A DNA stretch of 43,999 nt, the filler included, from Catajapyx aquilonaris (Eukaryota): NCBI GenBank assembly GCA_000934665.2. It is 2 parts of 2 records of this genome, joined end to end, with 100 filler letters (N's around TTAATTAATTAA, not from the genome) between each part and the next. Parts side by side here need not be neighbours in the genome. Positions count along the whole stretch, not along the records: positions 22,098 to 43,999 come from JYFJ02005947.1; 1 more part is not named here. One strand, given 5' to 3'. The first letter of the stretch is position 1, and every line of letters begins with the position of its first letter. Below are positions 37,287 to 43,999 of this stretch, in pieces. The position numbers were made by a program, and so were the translations under genes. The notes below the pieces were generated by a model. It was given only the letters and a program-made list of their open reading frames with translations. It made no database searches and was not told the origin of the DNA.

Positions 37287-37608
37287 TGTACGTAACCTAA
37301 TAATGACAGCTAACAATAATTTTGATAACCATTAGAGTAACTGCTGTAAAATAAGCAGTTTAGTGCAAACAAAATAGCCATATTAGTCAGACAACCATGT
37401 TGGATCACTCTGTATGTACAGAATGTGATAAAACGACCACAGTAACAACTCTTCAAGTTTTATTTTTGCCAAATGGAAATTGACCTGAGATACAAAGACA
37501 GGTAATCCGCGCACAAACATGACATACACTGGTATGGAGAAGGCACTAATGAATAAACGTCACGGGTGGAAAGGGGCTTAACTTAGGGAAGTAACAATTG
37601 TGGCATAT

Positions 37609-37656
37609 CCTCCTGAGACCTGATGTCCAATATATTGGACATCAGGTCTCAGGAGG
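37609..37656. mobile_element. 48-bp perfectly palindromic mini-MITE with ATAT TSD
   Basis: CCTCCTGAGACCTGATGTCCAATA|TATTGGACATCAGGTCTCAGGAGG, flanked by ATAT. The paralogous empty site (about 30085) has a single ATAT. Confidence 0.88.
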
Positions 37657-38709
37657 ATATAAATGTGAACTTCGGGCAATTTGTTTCTTGCAACAGGTTC
37701 CCTTTTCTCTGCAGCTGCAACACAAAAACAATCTACTCCTTTAACACCTATACCATTCTTACACAAAAGATGTTCGATCAAAGGGTCACCAAAGTCACAA
37801 ATTAAAGTAAGCCCCCTTAGAGCTCTTGTCAGTGCATGAACACCACTGGGAACAAAAATGCTAACTATTCCAACAACAACAAAATCTCCATCTCTATTGA
37901 CTATAACTTGGATCATCATCACGTGGTAGGTGAGCCAGAAGGTATTCTAGTACAAGGGACAACCACCCATTCCCTTTAATAGGTGTGAGAAATGTTTGAA
38001 ATATTCTGTACATCTGTCATCTAATTTAAGCATTAGTATGCAAGGACCCTGTATACGTACAACTCATCTTTCAGTAATAAATTAATCACACTTCACTCAA
38101 ATAATATCACATATCCTACTGTTCTCTCTCATTAGGAACTCAAACAACACGCCTGAGGAGAAACTCCTGTAAAATTATGACAATGTTGAATTGGTGCTTT
38201 TTTCAGATCAACAACGAGATGCAAGGAGAGTGTTTTATGTTTCCACAAATTATGCTATCTTCAAGCCACATAAGATTGGCTCTAACGATGGCATCTAGCT
38301 CCTTCCACAGGTCTGATGGCCCAAGTTACAACCCCGTATCCTCAAAAACACGTAAATGGAGATAAATGAACGACTGCACTCCTCTTTGCAAGCCACACCT
38401 TTTGGTAAGTTCTAAGCCCGTAACTGTAGGCGCAACCCTTGCAAAGTTTGGGCTAATTGAAATCATGCACTTCCATATACGATAATGGAAACAAAAACCT
38501 TCAAATGTGGACATCTAGAAATAACAAAAAGCAGAGATACAGGGTTGTGACTTGGGCCGTCATAGGTGTGGCAAAAGGTTGTGAAGATGGGAAGGGTCAG
38601 CCAAAGCTAATTTCCTAGACAATAAATCCTGCCTACAGTTCTCACACTTTTCCATGCACCATCATGAAAACCTCAAATCCTTTGCATGCCATGAATTTCC
38701 CCATATATT

Positions 38710-41150
38710 TCAGAAAATAGTTTGGCTTGGCTTTGCTGCATGGAATTTCTTCACATGCGACTTCATGCTCCCTTTTTGGCAGAACTTCACATTGCAAAAT
38801 TGGCAAGAAAATTGCTTTTCTTCTGAATGTATTAACAAATGCGTATTCAGGTTACCTTTTTGGCTAAAACGTTTGTGGCACACATGACAACTGAATGGTT
38901 TCTCACCTGTGTGGACCAATCTGTGGCGCTTCAGCCTCCGAGAATAAAGAAAAGCCTTCCCACATACCTCACATCGATAAGGTTTTAACCCAAGGTGAAC
39001 AGTTTTGCAATGAACAGTTCGACTTCCTTTAGTGGTGAATTTGGCACCACAGAATTCGCATGAAAATTTGGATTTACTCCCTCCTGGATGGACATTGCCT
39101 TGTGCCGAATGGACCAACTGCTGCGAATCATCTCTAGCAGCCCTTGTCTTGGCCCTTGTCTTGCAGCCTTTGTCTTGCAGCCCTTGTCTTGGCTGGAGAT
39201 TATTTGGATGAGCCTGTCTTCCAGGAGTTTCTGCCGTTGGGGCAAAAGTGCTGAGCTCATCTCCCTGAGATTCCTGTATCATGTCCTGCTGTTCTTCAAC
39301 CACCACTGCATGAGACTTGACACACTCTTCCAGTGAAGATGGAATGTTGAAAGTCTTGTTGCAGATGCCACATTTAAGTAGGTCTTTGAAAGGTTTCTGC
39401 CTCTTTGGATGTGAATTCCTCTAAAAGTAAAGTAAATCATTTTCTTCCAGATGTGCATTAAAATTTACCTGGGCTTCTGTAAAAACTGGTCACTAACATA
39501 ATGCCTACATTCATATTGCACAAATATATTGGATGCTCTTGTCTCAAGTTGGTATTACTGAGCCAGCCAAAATCCTTTCATGCTGAAGACTGGAGTGGTA
39601 TGCTGTGGATTCCAGTTACAGGTAATTGTTGATATTTTGTAATAATGCACGACAGAGGACTGGACTTCTCCATACATTCAACATTATGACAGACAAAAGT
39701 AAAACACAACTAGAAAAACCCTCGCTTCAATAGCATTTTTCTACCATATTTTTCAACTGCTTCGGACTTATAGCAAGTGATGATTAATCCATACCCTACG
39801 ACCCGTCTGAAATCCCACTATTCCCTGGAAAATATGCATTTGCCCACTTCAACATACCCGTACATTGTGAATTATTTTTCACCCCAAACAATTTCATACA
39901 GTAATATTGTATCAATGTATATTCATGACCTGTAATTGGAGATTTCAACACTGTGTTGAAACAACTGGTAATTAGAAGCCATTCATAATTGAACCTCAAT
40001 ATGTGATGAAGAGAAAGATAAACAATTACGGGAGGCTGCTTTTATCGCACTTTCATAATTTGGGATGCAAAATGAGCCCCTATTTTCCCCAACAATGGGA
40101 GTGAACAGTTTCAACAAAGGAATACGTGCTGCCTTTCTTTTTATTCATTGCTATTACTTCATCATCATTATCATCATCATCTTCACAGTGTTTCCCAAAC
40201 AGATATGGAATTTTTTTTAAATTATTATCTACGAGTACCTGACCACGCTTCAAATTTTTTTAAACAAAATTTTTTTATTGTGTACCTATATGTATTTGGT
40301 CATACGAGGATATTGAGGACTTCCTCCTCAATATCCGCTGGCAACCCCATATCTGTTTGGGAAACGCCATGAAGATGATGATGATGGTTATTACTTGCAA
40401 TTTCAAAATTCAATTACTCGTGAACCAAGCATTTTCACACTCTAGGAATAGTGTCATTCGACTCAGCTCATCAAGTATATTTAAAAAATATACAGAAACC
40501 TGCAAGATTTTTGCGGGGCTAAACTGCACCGAAGCCTACAAATTGACAACAGACCCTGAGTGTCACATCCGGATTCTTAGTCCAACTGCATTTGATAACC
40601 TTCTGCACTATTAACAACAAAAGTAATGTCACACCGTTATGTGATAGCATCCGCGACTTGTTGTTTAGCATGGGGGTTGCCGAGTTATGGATGTTAATTT
40701 TGCAATACTCCGGAATCCACAACCCATGCTAAACGACAAGTCACGGGCGCCATCACATAACAGTGCGACATTACTCTTGTGGTCAATAGTACTCGTACAT
40801 TGATGCTGAGTTACGGGCCCAAGGCCGGATGATTCGAGCTGGCTTTTACTGCTTTGAAGCTGAGGGGCGGATGTGATGTCATGAAACTTTAAAGGCACCA
40901 TACGCATTAACTATGCAACAACTTCCAAAACTACTTTCGCATATTATCAGTTTATCTGGAAATTATACACAAGAATCCCTTCTCCCTGCATAAATGAAAA
41001 TTTATGTTACCTCTACATTGACAGTTCCATTAACTGCTGCCAGTATGAGAGTTCCTCCACTCATAATAGAACTTGAAGCCTCTTGATGTGGATGCTGCTC
41101 TGGCTCATAATCTTCAACAGTAGCACAAGGGTCTCTCTCAGGGTAGGACT
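38710..41150 (-). CDS. C2H2 zinc-finger protein, paralog C: 4 canonical fingers; first coding exon outside the window
   Basis: Exons 41150-41011 and 39420-38710 have the same splice sites and phases as paralog B, with an open frame. Confidence 0.85.
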
Positions 41151-42341
41151 CTGCAAAAAATATATATCATACACAGAATTAGCAATGCATGACTCATCCC
41201 ATGCACAAGTTGAAGCATTGCCTAGGTATGTGCAGCTACCATAGATATCAATTTCCCCATTCAACAATGGGAGGACAGAGTAGGTTCACTCCATATAGCT
41301 GTCAGAGAGGGTGGGGCACACTTCAATGGAGGAGAGACACATGCTGGTTATAGCGCATCGGTGGGGCTTGTCCACATGGTGACTCATCAGTGTCATCACC
41401 TGTATGCTTTCCCCCTCAGAGCAGCTTTGCCACAATAAGTATGTTGGCCTGTGGCACACAAAGACAGACAGCGTTGTGGGCATGCACACAACCCACAGTA
41501 GGCAATCAGCTCGCTACTCTCGCAACTAACTAAAGTCATCGGGCAAAGCAACAAACCCTGCCTGGCAGGGTCACAACAAAGGACAGACCTGGTGCAGTCA
41601 CCCCAAAGTCCCACAGACACACCAACACAAAGGGCTCCATCCATCACCCCCATCACCTCCATATCCATAGGTAAGGTGAGTCGGGGCAAGTGCGACCTTG
41701 TTTTTACATAGGTTGACTTTGGGTGAGGATTGTGCCACTCAGGAAGCTGTGAAACAGCTGAACTTATAATCACGTGCAGAGTGACTAATTCTCTTTTAGT
41801 GATCACAGAATCAATTTGGTGCGGTTTTGCAATTGTCTGAAAATTAATTATTCCCGAAACTGTCATGGATTTGGGACTTGCTCTGACGGGGGATAAGTGC
41901 GACTACTGGCCTTGTCTTTGCAGGAGAGCATCGAGTTTCGCCGCTATTTCAGTGAAGCCAAAAGCCAGTGAAGCCAAAGTATGCCAAATGTTTGTGAACA
42001 TACGGCAATTTCTTACACAGGGCAAGTGCGACGTCTTAGTCGCACTTGCACCATCGAAATCAGCGCACTTGCCCCAGTGTCACGGGGCAAGTGCGACCTA
42101 GGGAACAAAGGTGACGTCAGAGTCTTATCGTTAATTACACAACATCTATGAAGAGTTCATGTAAAATGCTTCACAACTATGCATAAATAGAACACCCAGC
42201 ATGTTGAAGTGTACCTACAGAAAATACCTTCCGAAGTGCGTCGATCTTCTTCTGAAGGTGAGATGTGAGGGTTGCACGTTCTGCCTCCGTCTAGCCACAC
42301 AAAGCCAGTAACGCATATAAATGTCACTTAATCCAACGAAC

Positions 42342-43437
42342 AGGGGGGGGGGGGNGGGCATGAAGTGGGCTCTGTCAGATTTGCATGAAACGCGCACAGT
42401 AGGTGTATCACAGGCCTACAATTTCACTGGTATGGGCCATTTCCTGCTACGGCCAGCCGTTGTCAATCTTATCTATGAGGGACAATTGATGTGCATGGGT
42501 GCGTTCAGGAGAGTAAGGTGAGGGGACGGGAAGCGTTAGGAAAGAGGGCTGTTCAGTTTCCAGGGGCACGCAGCTAGTAAACAACAAGGTAACCAACAGC
42601 GCAATTCTCCAGGTAGGGTCCGAATCACGTTAAAATCATCTTCAGTTGTTGTTCCATTGGCAAGCTGCTTTGCAAGTGAGGCCTGGTTTAATTTTTGACT
42701 TGTTTTCCTCCAATTGCTGATTTGTGTTTCACAATGGAGAGCTCCCATCCTTTCCAATGTGTGAGTTTCAAAAATATTGCTTCCGTTCTGATGGAGCAAT
42801 GCAAAATTCTGATTATTTTCAAAGGGCGAGGGGGTGAAAGTGTATGCTGGTTACCCGAAATTGCTAGTTTTGGCTGGTTTCTCTCAAATTCGGGAAGTTT
42901 TCGAGGGGTTTCTGGCAGATGGTTTCGGATGATGTCTGCACGAAAGTGTGCAGCAAAGTCTCTAAGCAGCTACCCCTCTGTTTTGTCCTGATTTGCGTAG
43001 AAAGTTGTGGTTATTGCGTCATGTCGATAAGAGGCGTGCAACGTGGGTCCCATAAATGAAGGGAACCGTGCATTATTGGCATTATGGGTATAGGGTAAAG
43101 GTAATGCAGGACAGAAAAACACAAACATAAAATGAACCAATAATTGGTCCTGAAGATGATTCGAACCCTCCCTGGAGAATTGCGCTGTTGGTTACCTTGT
43201 TGTTTACTAGCCGGGTGCCCCTGGAAACTGAACAGCCCTCTTTCCTAACGCTTCCCGTCCCCTCACCTTACTCTCCTGAACGCACCCATGCACATCAATT
43301 GTCCCTCATAGATAAGATCGACAACGGCTGGCCGTAGCAGGAAATGGCCCATACCAGTGAAATTGTAGGCCTGTGATACACCTACTGTGCAAGTTTGATG
43401 CAAATCTGACAGAGCCCACTTCATGGCCCCCCGGTTG
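42342..43437. mobile_element. Long-TIR non-autonomous DNA transposon specific to unit 2
   Basis: Inverted arms of about 280 bp at 42350-42630 and 43155-43432. The right end is CCCCCCGGTTG-TA. The paralog has the empty site TTAATCCAAC|TAAGTTAACC at about 35180. Confidence 0.88.
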
Positions 43438-43999
43438 TAAGTTAACCTACCCTACAATAACATGCTAGTAAGTTAGTCAGGTATCATTGGCATGGCTACA
43501 ATCATTGCATCAAAGAATGGATATCAATCATTGCCATCTCCAGATGAGGATTTGTGTTATTGTCTCTGATGACATATTTACTACTCCAAGCCATACCATC
43601 CACCAAACCCTTCTCTCTACTTGACAGGTCGCATCTAAATTCATTATCACACACTAGATCATAAAGTGAGGATTCAGGTTTCCCATGCTTCAAACATGTA
43701 AAATTTAACCCATTTGTGGTAAAGATTATTTCTGCAGAATTTCCCCATGCTGTCAGCATGACGAGCAGGATGAGTTTCAGTTTCTATTTGAAATTTATTG
43801 AAATGTTGAAGATAACACAACTGAACCACATCATTGCAACACCTCTGGTTGTGAGTCCAAACAATCTACAGTATAGGCACTTCTTTTTTTATTATTATGG
43901 TTCCTTGTGGTGGAGTCTTTTCTACAAGGTGTAAATGAAATAAGTGTGCCTTTTATGCAGTGTGATAGTGACTTACAAGAAACACTTTTTGCCAATTCA

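Larger units (their letters stand above)
36750..43999. repeat. Tandem segmental duplication, unit 2 (runs off the window)
   Basis: Colinear with 29720-36030. Confidence 0.95.

Overview
Animal (probably arthropod) nuclear genomic DNA with spliceosomal introns and many repeats. An artificial N44-TTAATTAATTAA-N44 linker at 21998-22097 splits it, so the two halves may not be truly adjacent. The left half has a complete 3-exon Van Gogh/Strabismus gene (+, 173-4210) and a convergent 9-exon mitochondrial-clan cytochrome P450 (-, 9822-5408). These are followed by a TE nest: a Ty3/gypsy-type LTR element with gag but no RT/integrase (13714-18386), a probable second LTR end, and a long-TIR foldback element with an 8-bp TSD. 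The right half is a head-to-tail array of three paralogous minus-strand genes. An N-terminal predicted coiled-coil exon is visible in two of them and a conserved second exon in all three. Two end in C2H2 zinc-finger arrays (8 and 4 fingers) whose differences cluster at base-contacting helix positions, while some flanking DNA is almost identical. This is the best candidate for an undescribed, fast-evolving ZNF system. Many MITEs (hAT, piggyBac-like, Tc1/mariner, pogo) and SINE-like families are present; several are confirmed by empty sites in the paralogous copy. All calls are by eye, with no database searches.
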